Shown here in pieces: positions 28,100 to 41,107 of a DNA stretch of 64,000 bases (positions are counted from its first letter, which is position 1; the number at the start of each line of letters is the position of its first letter). A program made the position numbers and the translations under genes. The stretch is from NCBI GenBank assembly GCA_964016885.1, contig OZ024740.1, forward strand, positions 93,186,001 through 93,250,000, in the 5' to 3' direction. The notes beneath the pieces were generated by a model. That model was not told the DNA's origin. It searched no databases and saw only the letters and a list, made by a program, of their open reading frames with translations. Source of the DNA: Eledone cirrhosa. Taxonomy: Eukaryota.

Positions 28100-29202
28100 A
28101 CTCATATTTTCTATTTAATTTTGGTTGTAATTCTTTTATGTTTATTGCCTCTGTGATTTGTCTAAACATTGCGTCTTTTCTGTGTGTAGATTCTATTTTT
28201 ATTTCTATGTTCTCTAATTTACCTTGTGTTCTATTTTAGCATGTTGGTAGAGTACAGATGATTCTTTACTATCTTGAAGGTCTTGCCAGTGTTCATTTAT
28301 CCGTTCCCCTACACTACGAGCTGTCTCACCTATGTACACTATATTTTTCTCTCTACATTGTCCTTCATTACATCTTATGCTATACACTACATTTCTAGTT
28401 TTACAGTTAATATGGGGGCTTATTTTACAGGTTATACATTTCTTATCTATACATGGGGGTCTTTGAAAAGGGTATGTCTTACTAATAAGTGTTTTTACGG
28501 AGGTACCTGGTTTTTCTACTATCTTAATATTGAGTTTATGTTTATCTTGGGCCCTTCTAAATGTGTAAGCTAATTCACCTCTAGGGGTTCTATCGATGAA
28601 CATTACACTCTGGTATTTATTGCTATCATACCATGAGTTTATTCTATTAGCCTTATTCCTAGTTATTTCTATTCTATTCCAAAACTTGTTCCTATACAAG
28701 GGGCAGGTCCGATGTATGTCATTATTTACCATTTTTTCCCATTTGGTTCTGGCTCCTCTATACACTCTGATTTTATCTCTCTGATTTTAACCAGAGAACT
28801 GCATACTGGGGATGAAGTGTTGTATGTGTCTCTCTAGTTCTTCGGGGTTGCACATGCGGGATACTTTTCTCATCACCCGTACCAAATCCGCAATCAGTAT
28901 GTTGATTTTGGTATGGTCCGAAACGGCCGAGATTCGGTGGATCAGATGTTTGGAAGTCATGGGTTTGGAATAATGGGAATGGAGGATTTGGTTTTGTTAT
29001 TAATGGTATCTAACCAGAGCTCTGTGTCTAGTACAGGTAATCGATGTTTGGGGTGTTTACTTGGGTAATCTATAGTAACTCTAATACTCTGGTGGATGGA
29101 GTAAGCTATTTGCTGGATGCTTTCCATTATTTTTATTTTCTCCAATGAAGTTGTCACCCCTTCTTTTCTGTCGTTTTTTATTTTGTTTTTATTTACTTCC
29201 AT
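28100..29202 (-). pseudogene. PLE fragment (RT thumb plus Zn knuckle and GIY-YIG endonuclease)
   Basis: IRVTIDYPS..RLPVLDTELW; CIDKKCITC..CKTRNVVYSIRC..VYIGETARSVGERINEH. Confidence 0.88.
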
Positions 29203-29512
29203 GTCTGTCCCTGTCGTTACTTATCGAGTTAGATTTTAAGCATGCGTGTGTGACCTCTTTTGTATGTGAATTTATGTACGTATGTAATTTAATGATTATA
29301 AGTGTGTGTGCGTATATGGATCTGTATGCATGTTTGTATGTCTGTGTGTATATATATATATATTTAAGATTACGTCTGTGTACACACGTAAGTGTGAAGG
29401 TGCGTGTGTGTGAGCATGTGTATCTCTGTGTATACGTGCATATGCAGATGTGTGTATGTATGTATACACATGTTTGTATGTGTTTGTGTGTATATATGTA
29501 TATATATATATG

Positions 29513-29543
<31 letters not shown>

Positions 29544-29557
29544 CAACACAAACACAT

Positions 29558-29600
<43 letters not shown>

Positions 29601-29613
29601 GCGTATATGTGTG

Positions 29614-29667
<54 letters not shown>

Positions 29668-29764
29668 ACAATAAGTTAAATTAAGGGTGTCATGTCAGAT
29701 AGACATGCGTCATATCACCCGTAAAATATGCTCCAAAATTCTAATGAATAGATCCGAGTATTTT

Positions 29765-30263
29765 ATGTCAACTAAAAATTGATTGACATAAAAATATATC
29801 TAAAATAAACATATGAAATAATCACAGGGGATAATTTGTAAAAGTGTGTAAACACACATAGCTAGGTATGTAACTAAATAAAGTTTAACTAGAACTTAAA
29901 AAATAGATACCTTGATTTGACTTCTATTTCTAGTTGTCGATGACCCTATTCACGCCACTGGGACGAAGCTGGTACGATGTGTGTAATTTTAGTAAATAGA
30001 GCACGTGTTACTGGCCAGTCGCTGATTTGAAATTGATGCGTAAACACAGATGGTTGAACCTCTTCCTTGTTGAAAATCCAGGATCTGCTACTGTCGTTTA
30101 CCAATCGATTAATTGGTGAAATCTATTTCTTTAATGGAATATATACTAGGAAGATTAATCAAATTATAAGATATCTGTTTTTGAAGTTCTAGTTAAACAT
30201 TATTTAGTTACCTACCTAGCTATGTTTATATTATATATATTTATATGTCCATCAATATCTAGT

Positions 30264-30270
<7 letters not shown>
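29765..30270. mobile_element. Foldback/MITE-like element with imperfect inverted arms
   Basis: CATAGCTAGGTATGTAACTAAATAAAGTTTAACTAGAACTT (~29857) mirrors AAGTTCTAGTTAAACATTATTTAGTTACCTACCTAGCTATG (~30184-30224). Confidence 0.5.
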
Positions 30271-30333
<63 letters not shown>

Positions 30334-30487
30334 TTATTTATATGTGTATGTATGGAGTGATGTGAGTATGTATTTGGATATGTATATATTTTCTCCCCTC
30401 AATTTATGCCCGTTATTTTAATTCAGCTTCATTTTCATTGATCCTAACTCCGTATTCAAATCCTTATCCCTATTCCATGATAAATTT

Positions 30488-30556
30488 GCTATGATGAATG
30501 AAGACATACCTAAGTGTCAAGGTCGCCTGTCTTCAAGAAACCATTGTTAAATGAAT
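30488..30556 (+). ncRNA. Degenerate hammerhead (same family as 43853-43930 and ~47820-47890, both minus strand)
   Basis: (A)TGATGA-long stem II GAAGACA..TGTCTTC-GAAACCATTGTTA; the homologous copies carry CTGATTA, so the consensus is CTGATGA. Confidence 0.5.
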
Positions 30557-30633
30557 TAATTATCTTTTGTTGTTTACTACATAATTAAAAAGCGCTGTAG
30601 CCTACATAGATCACTCTCTCTTCCTTTATGTTT

Positions 30634-30773
<140 letters not shown>

Positions 30774-31404
30774 GCATGCATTAACTCCCCTTAGCCACAC
30801 ACACACTTCCGGGTGGTATTCAATGGCGATTCTCGAAACGTAACAGCCTCCTGTATTGAACTAAAGAACACCAGACTACGATCTCTAACTGGATTGTCAA
30901 ACGCTCAATATCGAATTGCCGTGGATTATGTGAGGGGCATATAATCGAAAAATACACTCCCCTGACCATGAAAATGTCGAAGTACATGAAATACTTGACA
31001 TCCCTTCGCTGTGCATCTCCAATACTTTTAACACTTTTAATGCTTGCACTATTTTTAATGCTTATAACATTTCACCACACACAGACTATATCAATCATAT
31101 AAAGAATTTGCCACCAGATCTACCAACCTAATACTCTTGTTTACCTACCTAAGTGCCTCTACCACACATATCTCTCTGCCACACTATATAAACAAGACGC
31201 ACATGCGTGCCACACATATAACATTTGCACTATATAACCGCTTATCTTAATGTTGTATTTTAACCTGTATTTTTGATTTTTGATTGTACCTCTTAATATA
31301 AATGGAATCTCGAAGTGTGTACTGCCACTCTAAATTCTGTAATGAATGTTGACCCACAATGTTTGAATATGTATCAATGTTTGAATATGTATCGGTATGT
31401 CTCT

Positions 31405-31500
31405 CGGCTGAAGAGGAGGTCATATAACTGTCCATGCATTAATACATTGCTCCGAAGAATCCAAACCTCGGTTTGGAGGAAACAGCTGTAAGCACAATAC
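31405..31500 (+). ncRNA. Hammerhead-like motif at the end of a pLTR-like segment
   Basis: CTGAAGA at 31408; TGCT-CCGAAGA-aTCCAAACCtcGGTTTGGAg-GAAA-CAGCTG-TA-AGCA has palindromic stem III ACAGCUGU but a core substitution. Confidence 0.6.
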
Positions 31501-31541
31501 TGTTTTGAACAGTTCTTTGATTCTTATATTTCATATATTTC

Positions 31542-31613
<72 letters not shown>

Positions 31614-33032
31614 ATATATATAAATTATTAATTAGTTTTCTGAGAATGGACACGACAGTCCTGAAGTGTGTAATTAGTAATTTGAAAACGTTTGAACATC
31701 GAAATACTAATAATAGATTACAGCATTGAAGGAATAAGAATGAAAAACAATTGAAATCACAAATTATCGAATCATTTGAACTTAATTACAACTACATCAT
31801 GAATTATCGTACATTGAAGCAAATATGCAAACAATGTAACGCCACTCACTATATGATCGTTATTGATTGAAAATATTTTCTCATTTAAATCACTCTAGTA
31901 CAATGAAAGTTTGTAAAGGTAACGTTTTAAGGTGTTCATGCATTCATAAGTATATGTATGAATGTGAGTTGACATAGATTCAGAGCATGAGAATAAAACA
32001 CATCAATAGTTCAAACCTTTCAGCATTGTAATGGATTGCTATACATTCCCATTCTACACACATCAACATTTAGAAAAACCCTGATAGGTATATAATGAAC
32101 ATAATATGTGATACATGTCATATAAAATATCTATATTCTATTTCCTTTGGTAAATGAGAGATATGTAAACAAAGTGTAAAAAAGGGCTTTGGTAAGGAAT
32201 GACAATGGGGTTTGCACAGATATGTTTCCTTCTTTTGTATGCTTCTCATAACTCCTTACGCCATGGCTTTTGTTCAAGGGGAAAGCGCATAAAACATGGA
32301 ACGAATAATTGTAAACCTCATTTCTCCAGGTAAGTCAAATAAAGTGTATGGTAATTGAATCACGTTCTCCCAATTCTAAATCCAACATTCTAAACCCGAA
32401 ATTCTAAGACCGATGCATGAAAAGAAAATCATGAAAGAGAGTAACAAATATAATACTTCTCTAAACTCATAAATAGCAGCTTGACATATAATTACCAAGT
32501 ATACTGAAGACAAAACATTGAGTAGTAACATTTAATCGTTGAGAACATGCATGACGGGACAGAAATGAGCAAACCAATTTAAATATAATTTTCTTGATAC
32601 AGTGATAAAATCATGCAATGTACTATAAACAAAATGAGATTGTTGACTGCAACACCCCTGGCCGCTATATTTTTGCAGAGTTTGAATATATATAATGATA
32701 TGTTTGACGGCAATCTGATAACAATAGTCTGTCCATCGACCTAGAAAAGGCATTTGGGGAAATTCATCAGGACATACTAAAGTAGGACTGTATAATCAAT
32801 ACACGCAGATGCTTATGCATCACAAACTATTTTGACTAAGCTATTGCCCGAAAATGTTGGTGAAGTCTATGAAAATACAAGATATCTTAAACTGTAAGTA
32901 TACAAAATGATGGGGAGGAGGACAAAACCACGCAAGAAAAAGAAAGGGGGATTGCATTTCAAATTTATGAATATTTGTATACTTACAGTTTAAGATATCT
33001 TGTATTATCATAGACTTCTCCAACAGTTTATA

Positions 33033-33136
<104 letters not shown>

Positions 33137-33223
33137 TATATATGTGTGTGTGTGTCTGTGTGTGTGTGTGTGTGTGTGAGTATATATATGAAACAAGTTT
33201 AAATTAACTTATTTTAATAATAT

Positions 33224-33286
33224 TAGCTGTTATATATATTTCGGTGAGAACAATTATTCAACAGCTATGACCTCATCAGACAGTTA
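33224..33286 (-). ncRNA. Minimal type I hammerhead with a (UA) stem III
   Basis: TAACTGT-CTGATGA-GGT..ACC-GAAA-TATATA-TA-ACAGCTA. Confidence 0.8.
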
Positions 33287-33385
33287 GAACTTGAACAGAT
33301 GAAAGAGAAATACATAATGATGGAACAAAGCTGCTTCGATCTTTTGATATGCCCAGTCACGAAGTTAGGTAGTGTTTTCTCATCT

Positions 33386-33416
<31 letters not shown>

Positions 33417-33489
33417 TCCAGTAATGAGAATTTGGTTGCCAAACATCGAACAGCTGTAGTGGTAATTTGTTATGTAGAAAATATTATTA

Positions 33490-33536
<47 letters not shown>

Positions 33537-33745
33537 GGCGACCTATGTAGTAAATCGTATTATCGTGAGGTCCGCAAAGGTTTTTTATTTCCGTTTGTTA
33601 AAAATTGCCATTTATGGAAAATTTTATTGTTAACTGTTTATAAGCACACATACATTGTTTTCCGAAAAGGACACCCAAAAAGAGTGGGGCCTTGTGCCCA
33701 ACATTTTAACTTTTATTATTATCAAAAAATTTCTTTGAAAAAAAA

Positions 33746-35711
33746 ATGGCTACTTCACCTCTGCAACAAGCAGCTGAAAGCCTTCCTCACAAATTAACAC
33801 CTCACACCGACACCACCATTGTAAATGTTACTAGGTTTGCCAACACAAAAAAAAATATAAGCAGTAGCAATATTTTAAATTTGCCTCAGGCAGACATTCA
33901 TTTCCCGCCATTACCAATGACTGCAGGTGTTAAACCCTCCACCACCACCACCACCACCACCGCGACAACAGAAACAAAAGAAGAAAAAAATAAATTAACT
34001 CGTGACGTCGAAATGAAATCAAGCAAAATGGACTCTTCCCCACCAAAGACGACTGACGTCAGCACCACCACATCTGAAAATAAAATTAATATTAACGATA
34101 GCAACAACAACAACAATGACATTATAAAACCGACCCTCAGTTTCGCCATCGTAGCAAAACAATTCGAAGCGTTCACGGTAACTCAAGAAGATTTAGAAAA
34201 TGCCAAACAAATGGTAAAGAAAGATGGGTACAGGGTCAGCCTCACCCCCCCCACCTAATAAAATGGAGCATCGGCGCCTGTGCACCGTGTCGTATAGAAC
34301 AATAAATGTAAAATCGCGCCGAGTGGAACGGGCATCCGAGTCCCAAATCCAAAAAGCTTTGGGACATGTGTGGGCAAGAAAAACCCACATCAGACGTGGG
34401 CAAAAGTATGGAACCTTGGATGTATTCTTTGAAACACCAGAGGAGGCTAGAGAACACTCCATGGCCCCATTAAAAAGTGACGACTTCACACTCGTCCCAA
34501 GCTATTGTGGCCAGAGACTCGTAAAGATCAGGGTGACCCATGTTCCACCGGCCATCGAAATTCCCTGGCTAATAGCGGCTGTCATCGCCGGCATCGAGGC
34601 CAACACGAAAATAATAACAATAGCAAAAGAAAAGCAGGAAAACTGGTCCGGATCTGGGATGGAGCTCCTGATCCAAGCGGACCAAAAAAGCATTGAGGAG
34701 ATCCCAGAGGTAATAGACCTCACTGACGGCAGCCACCTCACGGTAATTGTCGAGGGCAGAAGACCTAGGTGTGTCGTTTGTGGTGAAGGAACCCACCTAA
34801 GGGCTTTCTGCCCTCAGGCTAAAAGGTTGAGGCCACCTCTCCTACCCACCCCAGTGACACAACCATCAACACCACCAGTAGCAGAGATGGCAGCAACAAC
34901 TGTAGCAGCAACAACAGAAGCAACTATAACAGCAACAACCCCAGCAACAGTAGCAAAACCAACACCACTACCACCACCAGCAAAACCAACACCACCACCA
35001 CCCAACGCTTCAGAACTAGCACCAGCGCCTACACCATCCACCACACCACAACCAAAACTAACGGCTGTGGAGGATTTTCCACTCCCCGGCCTATCACAAC
35101 TGGAGACAGATTGTGACGACGAGGAGTGGGAAACGATATCTGGAAAAAAAAAAAGAAACCAAAAAACAAAAAATTCTCTTCCTTCCCCCTCCAAAAACAA
35201 AATACAGAGGGAAACAAATAAACTAAGAAACAAAAAAGTTAGGACAGATATGCCACCATCCACACCAGCATCACCAACCCCATCAACCCAAACACCAACA
35301 CCATCACCATCATTAACTCCAACACCACCATCACCTACACCACAAAAGTCACCAAAATGCGAAATAGAAACAAACCCACAACAAACGCAAACAAAACAAA
35401 ACAACCAAAACGATACACACTACACAGCATTAAATTTGAACAACAAACAATTATTACACTACATCCAACACAACACCAGCATCACAGAAAAAGACTACAC
35501 AACAACCCCAAAATTCACACCACCTCCACACATACAAATCACTCGCATCACACAGAAAACGTACATGACACTAAAACAAAAATTCCCCAAAGACATCGGA
35601 GACTTCCGACAAGCACTCTCCAGGAGGATTTATAAGGACATCCTTCCTGAGGAGGCCACAAGCAGTGAAAAGGATGGAAAAGCCGTCCTTCCCCTACGAG
35701 AAGTAAGGTAA
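33746..35711 (+). CDS. LINE ORF1 (gag-like, CCHC zinc knuckle), one frameshift near 34255
   Basis: ORFs 33746-34258 and 34224-35711; VEGRRPRCVVCGEGTHLRAFCP; Pro/Thr-rich linker. Confidence 0.85.
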
Positions 35712-35745
35712 GTGGTCTTTCCCATCTTTTCCACTCCTTTTCAAC

Positions 35746-38700
35746 ATGACCTCACTCAGAATAGGCAGCATAAATGCGCGTGGCTTGGGGTCGTCATGGA
35801 AGCAGGGCCACCTGCTCAACGACCTCAGGTCACTAAACATAGATGTAGTGGCCATCAGCGAGACCAGAATCTCCGAAGCACAGGCTTTCGCACCGATCTT
35901 CGGCGGCTACGATGTGTACGCATCTCCCAGCCGTCCGGGATCGGGGGGAGGAGTTGCTGTGCTTTTTCGGAGAGGTTTGGATCTTGCCATACGGGCCATC
36001 TTCCTGGACCCAGAGGGTAAGTTGGTGGTGCTGGACGTGACCAGCGGAGACGGGCAAGCTTTCAGGTTAGTGGCCGTCTATGCCCCGACAGGAGCAGGGC
36101 GGCCTGATTTCTTCCGGCGTCTGGAGACCTTTCTTGGAACGTCCCGCTCTTTAGTGTTAGTGGGCGACTGGAACGGGATCTTAGATGCACGCTGGGATTG
36201 TGTGGGATTAGTGGATAGGGAAGGAGGGTGCAAGAGTCTCACCAACCTGCTCAGACGTTTTGAACTGTCTGACAGGTACCGAATGGATTTCCCGAATGTA
36301 CCAATGTGGACTTGGACAAATCGCATAGGGTCATCCAGATCATATCTAGATAGAGTATTTTGTAGGGAAATAGATAGGTCTAGCATAGGCTGTCCATAAT
36401 TCAAGATAGTCAGCTACACGGACCACAAATTCGTGATCTGTGTGCTTGACTTAGATAGGCTTCATAGACAAGGACCCGTCTACTGGAAGATAAACGCGTT
36501 CTTACCAGCGCGCAAGGCCTACAGAGACCGGATTAGCGAACTAGCTAAGCGGGCGTTGACGGGGGCCATCGTCAACAACAAGCGGTGGTTTGCTCTGAAA
36601 AGAGCAATTAGAATAGAGTCCATTAGGTTTAGTAAGACTTTAGCAATAGAGAAAAATAGAGCAGAGGGAGAATTAGTTAGAAAATTAGATGAGGCGCTTA
36701 GCAAAGGCATCGCGACCGACGTACTTGCGGCGAAATTGGCCCTTGACCAATTCTTCAATGCAAAGCACGAAGGCTGCGTTGTCAGAGCTAGGGTGCGTGC
36801 TCTCAGACACGAGGGGACGAAAGCCGTTCAATGGGCCCGAGTGGCGGAGGCGCGTCGTGGCAACAAAGCCACGATCCGGTCTTTGGTGGACCACGACGGG
36901 CGCAGGCTACTCGATCCCGGGCAAATGTGTGAAGCTTTTCAGCGACACTTCGCTCAACTGTTCGGGGGCAGTGGCGGGCCGGATCGAGGGATGGACTTTA
37001 GTGTCTACCTCGACGGACTGCCGCGGCTTTCGGCCACTGAGGCGGAGTGTTGCGAAAAGCCGATAACAACCGCTGAAGTACGGGATGCAAGGACTAGTTG
37101 CACAAGGGGTAAATCGCCTGGTTTGGATGGTCTGCCCTATGAACTTTACGTACAAAATTTCAAACTTGTTCGGAGGCCTCTTGGCGGACGTCTACTGCAA
37201 CTGGCAACAGAACGGGAGAATTCCCAGCTCTGTGAGCCGAGGAGCGGTGGCGCTGCTGAGAAAGGATCCGAACAAGGGGGATAACATAGATAATTTTAGG
37301 TCCATAACTCTGCTAAACACAGAGTTCAAGATTTTGGCCAAGGTGCTAACAAAGAGGTTGGCGCTTGTCCTTGGTGGTCTGGTGGGAGAGGCACATGCAT
37401 GCGCCATTCCCGACAGATCCATCCACGACAACCTCCACCACATGCGATACATCGTAGAGAGGGTAGCTAAGGAACCTGGCACGGGTGGGTCTTTGATCAA
37501 TTTAGATCAGTCGAAAGCCTTCGATAGGGTCGACCATCGTTACCTAGCGGCAGTCCTGAGGGCGGCTGGCTTTGGGCCCGTCTTCAGAGGCTGGATCGCT
37601 GCCATGCACAGCGACATCTGCTCTGTAGTGAGAGTGAACGGTCACCTTTCGGAACCGTTCAACATCATGCGCTCGGTCCGCCAAGGATGTCCCCTCTCGT
37701 CCCTATTGTACGTATTGACTCTCGAGCCATTACTGCACAAACTGGAGACGTTGAGGGGGGTCCCGCGCGAACTAGGATGCGGAAGATCCGTGTCAGTATA
37801 TGCCGACGATGTCACCGTAGTGGTGTCGAACGCCAAACACATCGAGGCGATCGGCACTACACTAAGAGAATACGAAGCGGTGACAGGAGCAATGATCAAC
37901 CAGGAACAGTCAGTGGGCCTGCAGCTCGGCACCTGGAGAGGCAGGTCCGTGCCGTCCAACAGCGTCGTCGGGCGCTGGACGGACGGAGCGGTTAAATTGC
38001 TAGGGGTCTGGTTCGGTCCAGACCTCCAGACGGACAAAAACTGGGACGAGGTGACGAGCAGGGTGGCTTCTCTCACCCAGAAATGGGCCGAGAGGAAGCT
38101 ATCCCTGAAAGGTCGAGCGGGGGTGGCGAATGCGTACATCGCATCCGTCATCTACTAACGCCTGACCGTCGTACCTTGTCCTAAGCCCCGCCTGACTGCG
38201 CTGGAGCGTTTGCTCTTTCGCTTTTTGTGGAAGGGACGCGCTCCGATGGTCAGGCGGTCCATCTGCTGTCAACACCCGCTACGTGGAGGGCTGGGCATGC
38301 CGTGGCTGATGATGCGCAGACACCCGTTCAGGCTACGACATCTCCACCTCTTCCTCGACGGTGATCAGGTGTGGTCGCCGTTTGCGAGACACGTTTTTCC
38401 CCAGCTCGTCTCCTTGACGGAGCTGCAGTCCTGGGTCAAGCGAAGACCGAGAGGGAGCGCTTGGAGACTGGAATGTCTTGAGGCGCTCACAGCCCTCGAC
38501 CAATCGGGCAATGTGATCGGTGGAAACTCCACCTTGGCGTTCTATAGGGGATTAGTGGAGGGGAAGAGCGACGACGTACTTGGAGAAACTCTAGGCGTCG
38601 ACGAAAATCAACTAGCCAATCTCTTCGGAAGGACTTTCGGGCCGGGGCCTATGGACAACTTCCAGATATCCCTGGCCTGGCAGTGCTACCGAGGAGCTTT

Positions 38701-39166
38701 GCCAGTTCGGGATAAACTCTACAGGCATGGAGGTGCCGTCAGGCGGGCATGTCCGAGATGCGCGCAGGGCGACGAAACCGTCCTGCACGGACTCCTCCAG
38801 TGTCCGAGCATTGCTGACTTGTGGGTTTATGTCGAACACCTGCTGTCACGTGTAGGACGGATCCAGCTATCAGCTGAGTCCATCGTGAGGATTGCCCCGC
38901 CCCCTTCCTTTAGCCGGGAAGGGCAGGCAGTTTTTATCTGTCTGGTGGCCATGGCGAAAGAGATAGTATGGTGGACACGTTTGAAAGGGCTGAAGACGAG
39001 CACATACCTCTTCGGTGATGCCCTGATTCACTTTTTCAAATTTCATTTGAAAAGGAAAATCAGGGTAGAGAGGGAAGTGCTCTCTTCCCAGCATTTTGTT
39101 GAAAGATGGGTGAGAGAAGCAAGTATGGCCCGAATGAATGGGGCTTCTCTGAGTATGTGTCTGTAA
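35746..39166 (+). pseudogene. LINE ORF2 (APE endonuclease, RT, C-terminal Zn motif) with two stops and one frameshift
   Basis: SINARGL, AISET, LVGDWN, SYLDRVF, TDH; KSPGLDGLPYE, LDQSKAFDRVDH, VRQGCPLS, YADD; CPRC..ETVLH.LLQC. Stops at 36397 and 38156, frameshift ~37150. Confidence 0.93.
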
Positions 39167-39412
39167 ATTAAAGGTGGAAAACTGGGAGAGGGAACTTGCC
39201 CTGGTGGTCAGGGCCACTGTGGTCTTGTAATGGGCTTTTTCCACAAATGTCCCTCGGAAGTCTCCCCCCTATTGGGGAATTTTTCTTTGTTATTTTATTT
39301 CAACCTCCGTTTTTTACACGCAGAAATGCCCATTTGTACCGTCCTGTATTGTCCTGTACTGTCCTTAATGTATACTTTATGTAAACCCTTGTGGTTAATA
39401 AAGAAAACATTA

Positions 39413-39476
<64 letters not shown>

Positions 39477-39477
<1 letters not shown>

Positions 39478-39535
39478 CTTCTTCTTCTTCTTCTTCTTCT
39501 TCTTCTTCTTCTTCTTCTTCTTCTTCTTCTTCTTC
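39477..39535. repeat. (CTT)n microsatellite (also at ~44248-44363 and ~48201-48262)
   Basis: Visible directly. Confidence 0.95.
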
Positions 39536-39619
39536 TCACCTTCATATGCTCCTGCCTCTACCCCCCCCCCCCCCCCCCCTCCTCCTCCTCCTCCTCATCT
39601 CCCTCCTCTGCTTGTCTGA

Positions 39620-40110
39620 TGTCCGCGCTACACGATCTATCAAGCAACTTTACTCCCTAACCCTTCCGAGGAAATCATTTTCGGCGACATTTGGTTGCGA
39701 TTGTGTTCGTTCAGCCATTGCACAAGATTACTGCCAGATATAAAGCTTTCACACCTACCTCCCTTCCGATTACTAATGCTGAAACTGGCACATCAGTGCA
39801 GCAGCTCCTGATATTGTTGCACCTAATCCATCCTCCTGTTCCCTACACACGTGAACATGGCCACGAGTTACCTGACATTAACTCTCTGATTCAGTGGAAC
39901 ACCATTACATCGAAGCTATCGATTGAAAGTCAGAGATCACCTCCAGTCGAGTTAAATAACACCATGTCGTCTGTAAATTCCCACCAACTGCTTTTACAGG
40001 AGGTGAAAGTACGTACCATTTAGAAAGTCCACACCACCAACATTGAATTGTTTCGATTAAGCACCATTTATCTGAACCCAAATATTTGAGCATTCGTAGA
40101 GAAATTAGAG
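39620..40110 (-). pseudogene. Possible DIRS/Ngaro RNase H relic (duplicated at ~48335-48830)
   Basis: Weak motifs VDFLNG, VNVR.LVAMF and ISNRKGG..LVQW..ISSEGLGSKVA resemble the RNase H of tyrosine-recombinase retroelements. Confidence 0.3.
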
Positions 40111-40127
40111 CAGCAAGAATCTAACCA

Positions 40128-40664
40128 ATGATGCTAGTAAAACTAGAATACCTCTGCGTTAAGAACATGAATGCCCACATCACCAACAGCCCAAAGAGCA
40201 ACACCCCACCAGGGTGCTCTTCCCATAAGCCCGAAGCTTGTCCCGTTCAACAGCAATGCAACACATCCGCTGTAGTTTGTGAAGCTGTGGTCACTTCCAA
40301 CCGACCAAATCAACCACAGGGGGTAAAATGCTATGTGGGTATGTTGGAGGGTCGATTTAAGGAACGCTTCCTGAACCACCAATCGACATTTAGGTACCCG
40401 GCCAGACATTCATCCACGAAACTCGCTAGCCCCGTATGGTCCCTCAGTGACTCATGTATAGACTTCTCCATTCAATGGAAAGTCATCACTAAGTCCATGC
40501 CATACGCAAGCGGCAATGTGTCATGTGGACTATGTATTGATGAACAAATAAATATTATAAAGTGATTACGCAATAGCGATTGCCTAAACACGAGAAATTA
40601 ATTCTTCACACTGTGTCCACACGTCTGGAAACACCACCTACTTAATTACAAGGCTCCGGATTAA
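40128..40664 (+). pseudogene. Naiad-like PLE GIY-YIG endonuclease fragment
   Basis: GCS.HKPEACP..C, CYVGMLEGRFKERFLNHQSTF, STKLASPVWSL, CGLCIDE, LNTRN..CPH. Confidence 0.85.
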
Positions 40665-40809
40665 ATTAAAACAACATCCTACTTTTCCTATCAACTAGAA
40701 AATTTCGGACTTTCGTCACACGCACGCAATTTAGTATTGCCCGTTTGAAGTGATCGTTTCTGCGCATGCGCGTTCGTACGGTTGTCCTTCCTGTTCCGTA
40801 TAACCATGT

Positions 40810-40859
40810 CCATTACGAGCTGACGATCCGCTAAGGTGAAACAATCGTTCTCGTTATGG
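40810..40859 (+). ncRNA. Type I hammerhead in the Naiad pLTR
   Basis: CCATTACGAG-CTGACGA-tCCgctaaGGt-GAAA-CAATCG-TT-CTCGTTATGG; 9 of 10 stem I pairs. Confidence 0.8.
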
Positions 40860-40960
40860 TGAACTATCTGTTGCGTAAACACTTCTACATAACTCGTGCC
40901 ATGGACAGAGTGCTCTACCATTACAATATTACCATCCAGTGTTCTACCACTATATATACG

Positions 40961-41107
<147 letters not shown>

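Larger units (their letters stand above)
33537..39408 (+). mobile_element. Near-intact L1/Tx1-clade LINE inserted in an (ATT)n microsatellite
   Basis: Two ORFs, AATAAA near the 3' end, flanked on both sides by ATTATTGTT(ATT)n. Confidence 0.95.

Noticed and set aside
32199-32335. ATG-initiated 43-codon frame ending at AG|GTAAGT, with a short hydrophobic stretch and GKR
   Set aside because: No downstream exon or homology seen; expected by chance in 64 kb.
34814-35404. 196 aa Gly/Val-rich minus-strand ORF
   Set aside because: Antisense shadow of the Pro/Thr-rich part of LINE ORF1.
40561-40602. TGA after ..NIIK present in both duplicated copies as possible selenocysteine
   Set aside because: Not at a conserved Cys, followed by a shared TAA; both were inherited through the duplication.
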